Source of the DNA: an uncultured bacterium
GTDB taxonomy: Bacteria; Actinomycetota; Acidimicrobiia; Spongiisociales; ZC4RG35
Length of the DNA: 64,000 nucleotides
Direction of reading: 5' to 3'
NCBI GenBank assembly: GCA_963825585.1
Contig: CAWGTX010000008.1
Coordinates: 107,908-171,907 of the forward strand
Shown: positions 48,034 to 58,103 of the stretch, one piece after another
Layout: each line of letters begins with the position of its first letter
Position numbering within the stretch: position 1 is the stretch's first letter
The notes under the pieces: generated by a model
Seen by the model: only the letters and a program-made list of their open reading frames with translations
What the model was told of the DNA's origin: nothing
Database searches by the model: none
Made by a program: the position numbers and the translations under genes

Positions 48034-49124
48034 GCAGGCCACGTTTCATCTCCGACGGCGTCGGTGTCGCCGTCGTCGGCGCAGGCACCATCGGGTCGCT
48101 GCGGGCCGAGATCGCCCACCGTCACCCCTCGGTCGACTTCCTGGCCGTGGCCGACATCGATGAGCAGAAGGCTCGCCGCCTTGGCGACTCGTGCATGGCC
48201 GACGTGATCGCCACCGACGCCATGGACGTCGTCGCCCGTGACGACGTCGACGCCGTGATCATCGCCTCCACCGAGAACGCCCACTACGAGCCGGCGATGG
48301 CGGCCATCCAGGCCCGCAAGGCCGTGATGATCGAGAAGCCGTTCACGATCGAGGAGGACGAAGCCCACAAGCTGATGGCCGCCGCCGACGAGTACGGCGT
48401 GCGTATCTACACCGGCTTCACCCAGCGCTTCCGTCGCCGCTACCTGGCCATCAAGGAGCACATGCTCAAGGGCTACGTCGGCGAGGTGACCAGCGCCAAG
48501 GCAACCATCTACCTGGCCGACTCCGTGGCCCGATCGGTGATCAGCCGGGCCAACTCCACCACCCCGTCGGTCAACACCATGACCTACCTGTTCGACCTGC
48601 TCAACTGGTACCTACCCGATCAGCGCCCCACCAGCGTCTACGCCGCCGGCTCCACCAAGGGCAAGATCTACGAGGAGTACGGGGCGCTCGACTCCACCTG
48701 GTGTGTGATGACCTACGACGACGGCACCGTCGCCAACCTGGGCGTCAGCTGGGAGCTGCCGTACTTCTGGCCCGCCTACGTGGCCAGCATGGACTTCGAG
48801 GTGTTCGGCCGTGAGGGCACCATCAGCGTCAAAGACGACCACCGCGACGTGCTGATGGCCTCCACCAAGTCGATCCCCTCACCGTACGTGCCCGACGCCA
48901 CCATGAACGTGGCCATGCTCGGGTCCTACATGCCGGGCGACTGGGCCCTCGGCGAGCACTTCGGCGCCATGCAGGAAGAGACTCACGCCTTCATCAACGC
49001 CGTCGGTCAGAACCGCCAGGACCCCATCCTCGCCACCGGCCAGGAAGGTCTCGACGTGCTCAAGATCTCCCGCGCCGTCGACCTGTCGGCGAAGAGCCGC
49101 GAGGTGGTGAAGCTCGAATGGTGA
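48030..49124 (+). CDS. Gfo/Idh/MocA family oxidoreductase
   Basis: ATGA overlap with the previous gene. VGVAVVGAGTIGS Rossmann motif and MIEKPFT. Inner part of ORF 47349..49124. Confidence 0.85.
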   Translation: MSRPRFISDGVGVAVVGAGTIGSLRAEIAHRHPSVDFLAVADIDEQKARRLGDSCMADVIATDAMDVVARDDVDAVIIASTENAHYEPAMAAIQARKAVMIEKPFTIEEDEAHKLMAAADEYGVRIYTGFTQRFRRRYLAIKEHMLKGYVGEVTSAKATIYLADSVARSVISRANSTTPSVNTMTYLFDLLNWYLPDQRPTSVYAAGSTKGKIYEEYGALDSTWCVMTYDDGTVANLGVSWELPYFWPAYVASMDFEVFGREGTISVKDDHRDVLMASTKSIPSPYVPDATMNVAMLGSYMPGDWALGEHFGAMQEETHAFINAVGQNRQDPILATGQEGLDVLKISRAVDLSAKSREVVKLEW

Positions 49125-49196
49125 GCGAAGGGAATTCCACGAATTTGGGTTGGGGGCAAACACCCGTCGATGAACTTGTCGCGCGGGTCAGGCCAA

Positions 49197-49260
49197 CCCC
49201 CCTACCCCGCTCCTTCGTCGCGGGGGCCCCTTCCCCCCTCGCTTCGCTCCGGGGGACAAG
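49197..49260. repeat. GC-rich double-hairpin repeat (family with 41668-41724, 40869-40903 and 40021-40043)
   Basis: cccccctaccccgctccttcgtcgcgggggccccttcccccctcgcttcgctccgggggacaag. The 23-mer cccctaccccgctccttcgtcgc is identical to the reverse complement of 40021-40043. Confidence 0.8.
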
Positions 49261-49266
49261 ATCATC

Positions 49267-50463
49267 ATGTTGAAGGGTGTCACCGTCATCGAGCTCGGGC
49301 AGGTGATCGCCGGGACGTACGGTGGCGCGATCCTCGCCGAGCTGGGGGCCGAGGTGATCAAGGTCGAGCCGTTCACCGGTGACACGGCCCGCAACCCCAA
49401 GATCGCGCCGTTCGGGGATCAGAGCGCCATCCACCTGTTCATGAACCGGGGGAAGAAGAGCGTGGTGATCGACCTCAAGAGTCCCGAAGGGCTCGAGGTG
49501 TTCTACAAGTTGGTCGACACCGCCGATGTGGTGGTCGACAACTTCCGGCCCGGTGTGATGAAGCGGCTGGGCATCGATCACGAGACACTGAAGGCGCGCA
49601 ACCCCGACATCATCACGGTGTCGGTGACCGGGTTCGGTGAGTACGGGCCGGCCCGCGACAAGGCGGCGTTCGACCTGGTGGTGCAGGCCTATTCGGGGCA
49701 CATGGACATCACCGGCGAGGCCGACGGCCCGCCCGCCCGGGTGGGGATCCCGATCGCCGACATCTCGGCCGGCATTTTCTGCTGCATCTCGGTGCTGGCG
49801 TCACTCGCCGGACGTGGGATCAACGGCGGTGGGCGTCACGCCGACGTGGCCATGCTGGACTCGTTGGTGTCGATGTTGAGCTACGACGCCCTCGACCACC
49901 TGAACACCGGCAAGGCCGTCACCAGGTACGGCACCGCCCACGCCCACATGGTGCCGTGGCAGGCCTTCGAGACCAGCGACGGCTACGTGGTGGTGGCGGC
50001 TCGGGACGAGAAGTTCTGGCGGAACCTGTGTGATGCCATCGGACGTCCCGATCTGAAGGACGACCCCAAGTGCGTCGACAACGCCACCCGTCTCAAGAAC
50101 CGCGACTACGTGGTGCCGATCCTGGAGGAGGCGTTCAAGACCAACACCAAGGGCGAGTGGGCGCGGATCCTCGACGAGTTCGACATCCCCTCCGCCCCGG
50201 TCAACGATTTCGAAGAGGTGTTCTCCGACCCGCAGACCCAGGCCCGGGGGATGGTGGCGAGCTACCAGCACCCGACGCTGGGTGAGGTGAAGTACCCGCC
50301 GTCGCCGGTGAAGTTCAGCGACTGGGAGATGCCTCGCAACCCTGCACCGATGCTGGGCGAGCACACCGCCGCCATCCTCACCGACCGTCTCGGGATGAGT
50401 TCCGAGGACGTCGCGCGGCTCGCCGCCGACGAGGTGGTGAAGGTGTGGGATCCACAGGCGTGA
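49267..50463 (+). CDS. CaiB/BaiF family (class III) CoA-transferase
   Basis: ORF track, 398 aa. LKGVTVIELGQVIAGTYGGAILAELGAEVIKVE and FDLVVQAYSG are typical motifs. Confidence 0.9.
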   Translation: MLKGVTVIELGQVIAGTYGGAILAELGAEVIKVEPFTGDTARNPKIAPFGDQSAIHLFMNRGKKSVVIDLKSPEGLEVFYKLVDTADVVVDNFRPGVMKRLGIDHETLKARNPDIITVSVTGFGEYGPARDKAAFDLVVQAYSGHMDITGEADGPPARVGIPIADISAGIFCCISVLASLAGRGINGGGRHADVAMLDSLVSMLSYDALDHLNTGKAVTRYGTAHAHMVPWQAFETSDGYVVVAARDEKFWRNLCDAIGRPDLKDDPKCVDNATRLKNRDYVVPILEEAFKTNTKGEWARILDEFDIPSAPVNDFEEVFSDPQTQARGMVASYQHPTLGEVKYPPSPVKFSDWEMPRNPAPMLGEHTAAILTDRLGMSSEDVARLAADEVVKVWDPQA

Positions 50464-51647
50464 GTGACGACGAGCGGGTCGGGCTGGTCAACCGGCCGGT
50501 CCCGACCCTGCTCGCCACCACCCTCTCGATCATCCTGGGGGCACTGCCGATCTTCACGACCGGCGCCATGGCGGTGTTCATCCGTCCCGAGCTCGGTTTC
50601 GGGGAGACGGCCCTCGGAGCGCTCGCCACCCTCTACTACATGGCCTCGGCCAGCACCACCATGTTCGGTGGCCGTCTGGCTGAGCGGCTCGGTGGGCCCC
50701 GGGCGATGTCGGTGGCGGCGATGCTCAGCATGGTCACCTCGTTCGGCATCGCCATCTTCGCCACCAGTTGGACCTGGCTGGCAGGCTTCCTGATCGTCGC
50801 CGGAGTCGCCAACGGGATCGCATTCCCCGCCTCCAACCTGGCCCTCGCCCGCGGGTTCCCGCTGCGGCGCCAGGGCGTCGGCTTCGCCATCAAGCAGTCG
50901 GCGGGGCCGTACGCCACCATGCTGGCCGGGGCGGCGGTGCCTCTCATCGGACTCACGGTCGGTTGGCGGTGGGCGTTCGTGGCCGCGGGAATCGCCGCCA
51001 TCCCCATCATCGCCGGGTGGAACGTGGAACAGGGCGGTGGACGATTCACTCGCGGACTCCGGTCGGACGTCCCGGGCCGGGCGGTGTGGATCCTGGCGCT
51101 GTCCGCCTTCTTCGCCGTCAACGCCTCCGCCTCTCTGGGCGCCTTCTACGTGGAGTCGGCGGTGGCGGGCGGCATCAGCCCCGGCGTCGCCGGGACCTTC
51201 CTGTCGATCGGGAGCGGACTCGGCATCCTCATCCGCATCGGATACGGCTGGATCGGCGACCGTCACCCTCCCATCCACTTCAGGATGCTGACGGTCATGA
51301 TGGCGGCGGGCTGCTTCGCCTTCCTCCTGATGGGATTGAGCTGGTCCACTGTCGGGCTGTTCTTCGTCACGATCTTCGTGTTCGGCACCGGCTGGGCCTG
51401 GCCCAGCCTGCTCAACTTCGCAGTGGTACAACGCGTCCCCAAAGCCCCCGGCATCGCGTCCGGCATCCTCGGCGCCGGTCAGTACGGCGGCGGCATCCTC
51501 GGCCCGCTGACCTTCGGTCTGCTGGTGGAACGGGTTTCGTACCAGGCTGCCTGGACCACCTCCGGGGTGATGGTGGCGCTGGCGGCGGTGTGCGTGTTCA
51601 TCGGGGGGCTTGCCCTCGAAGCGGCAGTCGAAAGGAGCGATACATGA
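50460..51647 (+). CDS. MFS transporter
   Basis: GTG 50460 overlaps the previous stop (GTGA), within ORF 50445..51647. About 12 hydrophobic spans. Confidence 0.8.
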   Translation: MSDDERVGLVNRPVPTLLATTLSIILGALPIFTTGAMAVFIRPELGFGETALGALATLYYMASASTTMFGGRLAERLGGPRAMSVAAMLSMVTSFGIAIFATSWTWLAGFLIVAGVANGIAFPASNLALARGFPLRRQGVGFAIKQSAGPYATMLAGAAVPLIGLTVGWRWAFVAAGIAAIPIIAGWNVEQGGGRFTRGLRSDVPGRAVWILALSAFFAVNASASLGAFYVESAVAGGISPGVAGTFLSIGSGLGILIRIGYGWIGDRHPPIHFRMLTVMMAAGCFAFLLMGLSWSTVGLFFVTIFVFGTGWAWPSLLNFAVVQRVPKAPGIASGILGAGQYGGGILGPLTFGLLVERVSYQAAWTTSGVMVALAAVCVFIGGLALEAAVERSDT

Positions 51648-52603
51648 GATTCGGAACGTTCGTCCCGCAGGGTTGGAAGATGGATCTGGTGGGCGTCCCG
51701 CTGGACAGCCAATGGGATCTGATCACGGCAACGGCCTCGACCATCGAGGACCTGGGCTACGACTCGATCTGGGTGTACGACCATTTCCACACCCATCCGG
51801 TGCCGTCACAGGAGTCGGTGTTCGAGGCGTGGACGCTGATGGCGGCGCTCGCCGCCACCACCAGCCGTGTACGGCTCGGACAGATGTGCACCTGTGTTGC
51901 GTACCGGAACCCGGCGCTGCTCGCCAAGATCGCCGTCTCGGTCGACGCCATCGCCAAGGGACGACTCGACGTCGGCATCGGTGCCGGCTGGTCGGTGGGG
52001 GAGTTCAAGGGCTACGGCTACGACTACCCCTCCGACAAGGTGCGTCTCGACATGCTCGAAGAGGCGGTCCAGGTGATGAAGGCCATGTGGACTACCGACG
52101 TCGCCCACTTCACCGGCGAGCACTACCGGCTGGACGGGGCGATCACCCATCCCAAGCCGATGCAGGATCCGCATCCACCGCTGTGGATCGCCGGTGGCGG
52201 CGAGAAGCGGACCCTGCGGATCGTCGCCGAGCACGGCGACTTCGCCAACTTCTCGGGTGACATCGACACCTACCGGCACAAGTCCGAGGTGCTGGCCGGG
52301 CACTGTGAGGCGGTCGGCCGCGATTTCGCCGAGATCGGACGCTCGGTGCATCAGATGACCATCATCGGCCGCGACGAGGCCGATCTGGTCCGCAAGCTCG
52401 ACGTGGCCGGAGAGCGGCGTAACTGCACGGGTGCGGAGTTCGCCGAAGAGCATTTCGCCGTCACCGTCGACCAGGCGGTCGACATGCTGGGCGAGTACAA
52501 GGCGGAGGGTTGTTCCGACATGATCCTCTACTTCTACGACATGGGCCGGTACGACAGCCAGGAGCTGTTCGCCGCCGAGGTCATGCCACAACTGCGGGGC
52601 TGA
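51644..52603 (+). CDS. LLM class F420-dependent oxidoreductase
   Basis: ATGA overlap with the MFS stop, AAAGGAG upstream. MRFGTFVPQGW...DSIWVYDHF...GIGAGW. Inner part of ORF 50768..52603. Confidence 0.85.
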   Translation: MRFGTFVPQGWKMDLVGVPLDSQWDLITATASTIEDLGYDSIWVYDHFHTHPVPSQESVFEAWTLMAALAATTSRVRLGQMCTCVAYRNPALLAKIAVSVDAIAKGRLDVGIGAGWSVGEFKGYGYDYPSDKVRLDMLEEAVQVMKAMWTTDVAHFTGEHYRLDGAITHPKPMQDPHPPLWIAGGGEKRTLRIVAEHGDFANFSGDIDTYRHKSEVLAGHCEAVGRDFAEIGRSVHQMTIIGRDEADLVRKLDVAGERRNCTGAEFAEEHFAVTVDQAVDMLGEYKAEGCSDMILYFYDMGRYDSQELFAAEVMPQLRG

Positions 52604-52609
52604 ACCAGG

Positions 52610-54649
52610 ATGCAACGACTTCTCGGACCGACGTCGGTCGCCATCGTCGGGCTGTCCGCCGACCCGGCCAAACACGGGGGCCGCGTGCTCGGCAACCTCC
52701 GTCGCCTCGGATTCTCGGGCCACGTCTGGGGTGTGAACCCTGGTCGACCAGAGGTGGACGGTGTGGAGGTGTTCTCCTCGCTCGAGGACCTCCCCGGTTC
52801 GCCCGACCTGGTGGTGTGTGCCGTACCGGCTGCGGTCATCCCGGCCACGGTCAGGTCGGCCGGCGCAGTCGGTGCCGGTGGAGTGGTGGTGTTCGCCGGC
52901 GGCTTCGCCGAGGTCGGCGCCGACGGTGCCCGTCTCCAAGCCGACCTGGTCGACGCCGCCCGGTCCTCCGGGGTCCGGGTCCTGGGACCCAACTCGGGTG
53001 GGATCATTCGGCCCGGACTGGGACTGGCGGCCAGCTTCCTCACCTGTCTCGACCGCCCTGCCCACGAGATGCGAACCGGCCCGGTGGGTCTGGTCACCCA
53101 GAGCGGCGGCACCGGCAGCTACGTCCACAACATTGCCGCCGCCAATGGCGGCGGTCTGGCGGTTTCGATCTCCACCGGCAACGAAGCCGACCTGGGCATG
53201 CCCGACGGCATCCAGGCGCTCATCGAGCTCGACGAGGTGAAAGCCGTCGCACTGGTGATGGAGACCGCCCGCGACGGGGCCGCATTCATCGACGCCGTCC
53301 GCCGGGCGCACGCCGCCGGGAAGCCGGTGGTGGCCTGTCGCATCGGTTCCAGCCGGCGCGGCCAGAGCCTGATGTCGACCCACACCGGGGCGATGGCGGC
53401 TCCCGCCAAGGTGCTCGACGGGGTGTTGGACTCACTGGGCGTGACCATCGCCGAGACCCCCGAGGAGATGTGGGCGATCGCCGAGGTCATGGCCCGAACC
53501 CCCGCGCTGGGTGGAACCCGGACCGGCATCGTCACCCACTCAGGTGGCATCGCCATCATGCTCACCGACCTGGCCGAAAAACACGGTCTGGGGCTGCCCA
53601 CTCCGAGCGACGCCCTGCGGGCAGAGTTGGAGCCGTTGCTCCAGCTGGGCTCGTCGGACAACCCACTCGACATGGGTGGCATCATCGGTGGCGCCGGTCG
53701 GTACGCCGAAGTGGTAGACCGCTTCGCCAGTTCCGGGGACTACGACTGTGTGCTGGCGGTGTCGACCGCCCATCCCCGCGCCCACACGGTCGAACGGGTC
53801 CAGGGACTGCTGGCGCTCGACACCCCGGTCCCGGTGGTCCATCTGTGGATGGCGGGCGACGTGGGTGAGGCCGGACTCACCATGCTGCAGGAAGCCGGCA
53901 GCCCGCTCACCACCGAGCCGAGAGCGGCGATCCGTGCCCTGGTGGGGATGTGCCGATTGGCGGAAATGGGGTTCGAGCCGACCAACGGCCTCGAGGCTAC
54001 GCCCGTGACGCAGCCACCGCGGACCGAGCATGAGGCCAAACAACTGGTTGCCGGCTGGGGGCTACCGGTTGTGGATGGCGGTCTCGCCACCGCCGCCGAG
54101 GAAGCTGCGGAGTTGGGTGAACGCCTCGGTGGTCGACTGGTCATGAAGATCAGTTCGCCCGACATCGCTCACAAGACCGAGGTGGGTGGAGTGATCCTCG
54201 GCATCGAGGGCGCCGAGGCCTGTCGCCAGTCGTTCGACACGATCATGGCGAAGGTGGCCCACGCCAGCCCGACGGCCACCCTGGAAGGTGTCCGCCTGGA
54301 ACGGATGTCATCGGGGGTGGAGGTGATCATCGGCATGGTGATCGACCCCATCTTCGGCCCGATGGCACTGGTGGGTCTGGGCGGCGTGGCGGCCGAAGGC
54401 CTGGGCGCAGAACGAATGGCCCCCGCTCCGGTGCAGCTCAGCCAGGCGATCCGTATGGTGGAGTCGATTCCCGGTCTCGAGGTGTCGTTGCGTCGACGAG
54501 GCGACGACGGGCGGGCGGCCGGTGAGTTGGCCGGGCTGGTGTGTGAAGCCGGGCGGCGCTTCGTGGCGTCGGGGCTCACCGAGTTCGAGATGAACCCGGT
54601 GGCCTGGACCGGAGACCACTGGGAGATACTCGACGTGGTGATGAGGTAG
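52610..54649 (+). CDS. ADP-forming acyl-CoA synthetase (CoA-binding plus succinyl-CoA-synthetase-like plus ATP-grasp domains)
   Basis: ORF track, 679 aa. VAIVGLSADPAKHGG, GPNSGGII, and the C-terminal ATP-grasp text EAKQLVAGWGLPV...VMKISSPDIAHKTEVGGV. Confidence 0.85.
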   Translation: MQRLLGPTSVAIVGLSADPAKHGGRVLGNLRRLGFSGHVWGVNPGRPEVDGVEVFSSLEDLPGSPDLVVCAVPAAVIPATVRSAGAVGAGGVVVFAGGFAEVGADGARLQADLVDAARSSGVRVLGPNSGGIIRPGLGLAASFLTCLDRPAHEMRTGPVGLVTQSGGTGSYVHNIAAANGGGLAVSISTGNEADLGMPDGIQALIELDEVKAVALVMETARDGAAFIDAVRRAHAAGKPVVACRIGSSRRGQSLMSTHTGAMAAPAKVLDGVLDSLGVTIAETPEEMWAIAEVMARTPALGGTRTGIVTHSGGIAIMLTDLAEKHGLGLPTPSDALRAELEPLLQLGSSDNPLDMGGIIGGAGRYAEVVDRFASSGDYDCVLAVSTAHPRAHTVERVQGLLALDTPVPVVHLWMAGDVGEAGLTMLQEAGSPLTTEPRAAIRALVGMCRLAEMGFEPTNGLEATPVTQPPRTEHEAKQLVAGWGLPVVDGGLATAAEEAAELGERLGGRLVMKISSPDIAHKTEVGGVILGIEGAEACRQSFDTIMAKVAHASPTATLEGVRLERMSSGVEVIIGMVIDPIFGPMALVGLGGVAAEGLGAERMAPAPVQLSQAIRMVESIPGLEVSLRRRGDDGRAAGELAGLVCEAGRRFVASGLTEFEMNPVAWTGDHWEILDVVMR

Positions 54650-54657
54650 GAGGCTCG

Positions 54658-55443
54658 ATGAGTGACCTGACCGGAAAAGTGGCTGTCATCTCGGGTGGCA
54701 GCAAAGGGATCGGGGCGGCCATCGCCCGGGCCCTGGCTGCCGAGGGCGTCGACTGTGTCCTCGCCGCTCGCAACGAGGACGCCCTCAGGGCAACCGCCGA
54801 ATCGATCACATCCGAAACCGGGCGTCGGGTGCAAACCGTGGCAGCCGACCTGGCCACGGTCGAGGGTTGTGAAGCCGTCCACGCGGCGGTGAGCGCCGAT
54901 CCGGGCCGAGTCGACATCCTCGTGAACAACGCCGGCTCCACCAAGTCCGGCCCGTTCCTGGGTCTGCCCGACGAGGACTGGGTGGACGGCATGACCTTGA
55001 AATTCCACGGCGCGGTGCGTCTGTCCCGGCTGCTGTGGCCACTGCTCAAGGAGTCGCACGGCACGGTCATCAACGTGATCGGCGGTGCGGCGCGCACCCC
55101 CTCGGCCGATGCCATGATCGGAAGCGCCGTGAACGCCGCCATGGCCAGCTTCAGCAAGTCGCTCGCCGCCCAGGGTCTGGCCGACGACGTCAACGTCAAC
55201 GCCATCCACCCGGGGCTCACCCGCACCGAACGCTTCCACACCCTCATGCAGGCCCGCGCCGACACCGCCGGCGTGCCCAAGGAAGAGTTCGAGCAGAACA
55301 TCATGAAACGCCAGGGCATCCGCCGTCTCGGCGAGGTCGAGGACGTCGCCAACCTGGCCGTCTTCCTGTGCCGCCCCGAGGCCCGGCACATCAACGGCAC
55401 GGCGATCGCGGTGGACGGTGGGGGCACCCCGGGGCTGTATTGA
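54658..55443 (+). CDS. SDR family oxidoreductase
   Basis: ORF track, 261 aa. SGGSKGIGAAIA and NNAG motifs, and NAIHPG. Confidence 0.85.
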   Translation: MSDLTGKVAVISGGSKGIGAAIARALAAEGVDCVLAARNEDALRATAESITSETGRRVQTVAADLATVEGCEAVHAAVSADPGRVDILVNNAGSTKSGPFLGLPDEDWVDGMTLKFHGAVRLSRLLWPLLKESHGTVINVIGGAARTPSADAMIGSAVNAAMASFSKSLAAQGLADDVNVNAIHPGLTRTERFHTLMQARADTAGVPKEEFEQNIMKRQGIRRLGEVEDVANLAVFLCRPEARHINGTAIAVDGGGTPGLY

Positions 55444-55546
55444 GGGGGTGAGCGGGATCCGGAGGGCTCGCAATCCGATCGTCTCGACTCGGAGGGCGCC
55501 GGCGCCACACGCGTCACTGCCGTTTCGTTTCTCTCAAGGCGAGTCG

Positions 55547-56800
55547 GTGGTGCCCGATACCTCTCACCATGGAGGGTCCTCGTTGAGCGCAGCCCAGACA
55601 CCGGCCGACGAACAGCGTCGACTGGCTGAACTCGAAACATTCCGCATCCTCGACACCATGGCCGAGGACAGTTTCGACGCCATCACGCTGCTCGCATCCC
55701 AGATCTGTCGGACACCGATCGCGCTCATCAGCCTCATCGACAACAGCCGCCAATGGTTCAAGTCACGGGTTGGACTGGGAACGGCCGAGACGTCGCGCGA
55801 TCTCGCCTTCTGCGCTCATGCGATCACCCAGCCCGACGAAGTCATGGTGGTCCGGGACGCAACCCAGGATGTCAGGTTCGCCGCGAACGCGCTGGTCCTG
55901 GGTGACCCCAACATCCGTTTCTATGCCGGTGCGCCCATCGTCACGGCCAGCGGCAACGCCCTCGGCACCTTGTGCGTCATCGACCGGGTTCCCCGCGACT
56001 TGAATGCCGATCAGGAACGGGCGCTGGCGGCCCTGTCGACCCAGGTGATGGCTCTCCTCGAGTTGCGTCGCACCGTCGACACCCTGACGCTCAAGCAGAT
56101 CGAGGTCGAGCGCCTCATGAGACAGCGTGAGACCTTCATGGCGACCGTTTCGCACGAGATTCGAAGCCCGCTCACAGCCGTAGCGGGATTCCTCGAAATG
56201 GCCGAGTCCGAGCGTCGGCTCTCCACCTCCGAGCGTCGAGAAATCGTCGCTGCCGCCGGGCGTCAGGCACAAGATGTCATTGCCATTCTCGACGACCTGC
56301 TCATCGCCGCCAAGGTCGAATCCGAGACGATGCGAGTCGAATCGGTGGCGCTCGACCTGGTGTCCCAGATCTATCAAGCCCTGGAGGGAGTCGATCAGGT
56401 GTTTGCCTCGTCGGTGCATGTGGATACCCGCGATCGTCGGGTCCTCGGCGATCCCGTCAGGCTCCGCCAAATCTTGCGGAACCTTCTCACGAATGCTCAG
56501 AGATACGGCGGCCCCGATGTCCGTGTTGCCGTGGTCCCAGGCGATGTCCGGTGCGCGGTCGAGGTGAGTGACGATGGCCCGGGGGTTCCCGGCTCGGAGA
56601 CTGCTCAGGTGTTCGAGAGCTTTCACACCGCCTCGGGGTCGAGGTATTCCCCCGACTCGATCGGTCTGGGATTGCCCATCTCGAAGCGATTGGCCGAGAT
56701 GATGGGTGGGGCGCTGCGATATTCGAGGCGCGAGGGGCGCAGCGTCTTCACCCTCGAGGTCCCGAGCGCGCCGCAACCAGCGATCGTTGCAAGCCACTGA
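55547..56800 (+). CDS. GAF-domain sensor histidine kinase (no cognate response regulator adjacent)
   Basis: ORF 55418..56800. The start is uncertain (GTG 55547/55550). GAF text FCAHAI...RFYAGAPI, H-box ATVSHEIRSPLTAV, N and G boxes LLTNAQRYG, DDGPGV and GLGLPISK. Confidence 0.8.
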   Translation: MVPDTSHHGGSSLSAAQTPADEQRRLAELETFRILDTMAEDSFDAITLLASQICRTPIALISLIDNSRQWFKSRVGLGTAETSRDLAFCAHAITQPDEVMVVRDATQDVRFAANALVLGDPNIRFYAGAPIVTASGNALGTLCVIDRVPRDLNADQERALAALSTQVMALLELRRTVDTLTLKQIEVERLMRQRETFMATVSHEIRSPLTAVAGFLEMAESERRLSTSERREIVAAAGRQAQDVIAILDDLLIAAKVESETMRVESVALDLVSQIYQALEGVDQVFASSVHVDTRDRRVLGDPVRLRQILRNLLTNAQRYGGPDVRVAVVPGDVRCAVEVSDDGPGVPGSETAQVFESFHTASGSRYSPDSIGLGLPISKRLAEMMGGALRYSRREGRSVFTLEVPSAPQPAIVASH

Positions 56801-57101
56801 TCCTCCCGGGTCGCGCCGGGACCGGGTTGTACGGGGCAGGTAGCTCAGCGGACGAACAGGTCGAGAAGGGGTCAGGCCGAGGGCGTGCGGGTCTCGGTGT
56901 TCGCGACATCCCAGGCGACCGCATCGGTTACGAGATCGGCCGGGTGGCGTGCGCCCCACAGCCGCTGAGTTCGGGCATACCGGGTGTGATGAACTCGAAG
57001 CGGCCGGCAACGGGGTGGCGTTGCAGGCGGTGACCAACATCGCACCGAGGAGCAACATCGACGCCCGAGCCATGTGCCAGCGTACGACGTAGAGTCATGC
57101 C

Positions 57102-58085
57102 ATGACCTTGCGCCTCGGCCTTCTCGCCGCCTCCCGGATCACCGAGGACGCGGTGGTCAAGCCCGCCCGTGAGATCGACGGCGTCGAGATCGTTGCGGTG
57201 GCGGCCCGCCAGCCAGATCGTGCCCACCAGTTCGCCGAGCGGTGGGGGGTGGGTCGGGCGTGTGGCTACGAGGACCTCATCGCCGCCGACGACATCGACG
57301 CCGTCTACATCGCCACCCCCGCCGCCCTGCACCGGCCGTGGACCCTGGAGGCTCTGAAGGCCGGCAAACACGTGCTGGTCGAGAAGCCGCTGGCCGCCAA
57401 CGCCGACGATGCCCGGGTGATGGCCGATGCCGCTGACGCGTCGGGGCTGGTGGTGATGGAGGCGTTCCACTGCCTGTATCACCCGCTCTTCGCCCAGATG
57501 CGCCAGGTCCTGGATGGTCTGGGGGCGGTCGAACGGGTGGAGGCGTCGTTCGAGGTGGCGGCCGTCAACATCCCTCCCACCGACATTCGCTACGACCTGT
57601 CGCTCGGCGGCGGGTCACTGATGGACATCGGCGTGTACCCATTGCGGTGGGTGACCTGGGTGCTGGGTTCGGCCTCGGTGGTTTCCGCCCGGGCGGAGTG
57701 TCCGACACCTGGGATCGACGGCTCTCTCAGCGCCGATCTCGTCGGACCCGATGGTGCCACCGCATCGGTCACCTCGTCGATGATCGCTGGAGGCGACGAT
57801 TGGGTGTCATCGCTGGTGGTCCACGGATCGAACGGTGTGATGCGGGTGCGGAACCCCCTGGGTCCGCAGCACGGATCCGACATGGTGGTCGAAACCTCGG
57901 GCGCTCGGGTCGAACACCCGGTGAGCCGGGACGCCACCTATCTGCATCAGCTGCGGGCGTTCCGCGGCGCGGTGATCGAAGGCGCCGACTATCCCACCAC
58001 CGCTCGAGCCGGTGTCGATGTCATGGCCTTGATCGACGACTGCTACCGGGCCGCAGGGATGGATCCGAGGCCGAGCTGGCCGTGA
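57102..58085 (+). CDS. Gfo/Idh/MocA family oxidoreductase
   Basis: ORF track, 327 aa. LVEKPLA motif and an N-terminal Rossmann fold. Confidence 0.85.
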   Translation: MTLRLGLLAASRITEDAVVKPAREIDGVEIVAVAARQPDRAHQFAERWGVGRACGYEDLIAADDIDAVYIATPAALHRPWTLEALKAGKHVLVEKPLAANADDARVMADAADASGLVVMEAFHCLYHPLFAQMRQVLDGLGAVERVEASFEVAAVNIPPTDIRYDLSLGGGSLMDIGVYPLRWVTWVLGSASVVSARAECPTPGIDGSLSADLVGPDGATASVTSSMIAGGDDWVSSLVVHGSNGVMRVRNPLGPQHGSDMVVETSGARVEHPVSRDATYLHQLRAFRGAVIEGADYPTTARAGVDVMALIDDCYRAAGMDPRPSWP

Positions 58086-58103
58086 AGGCCGGGCGCGACG
58101 CGC

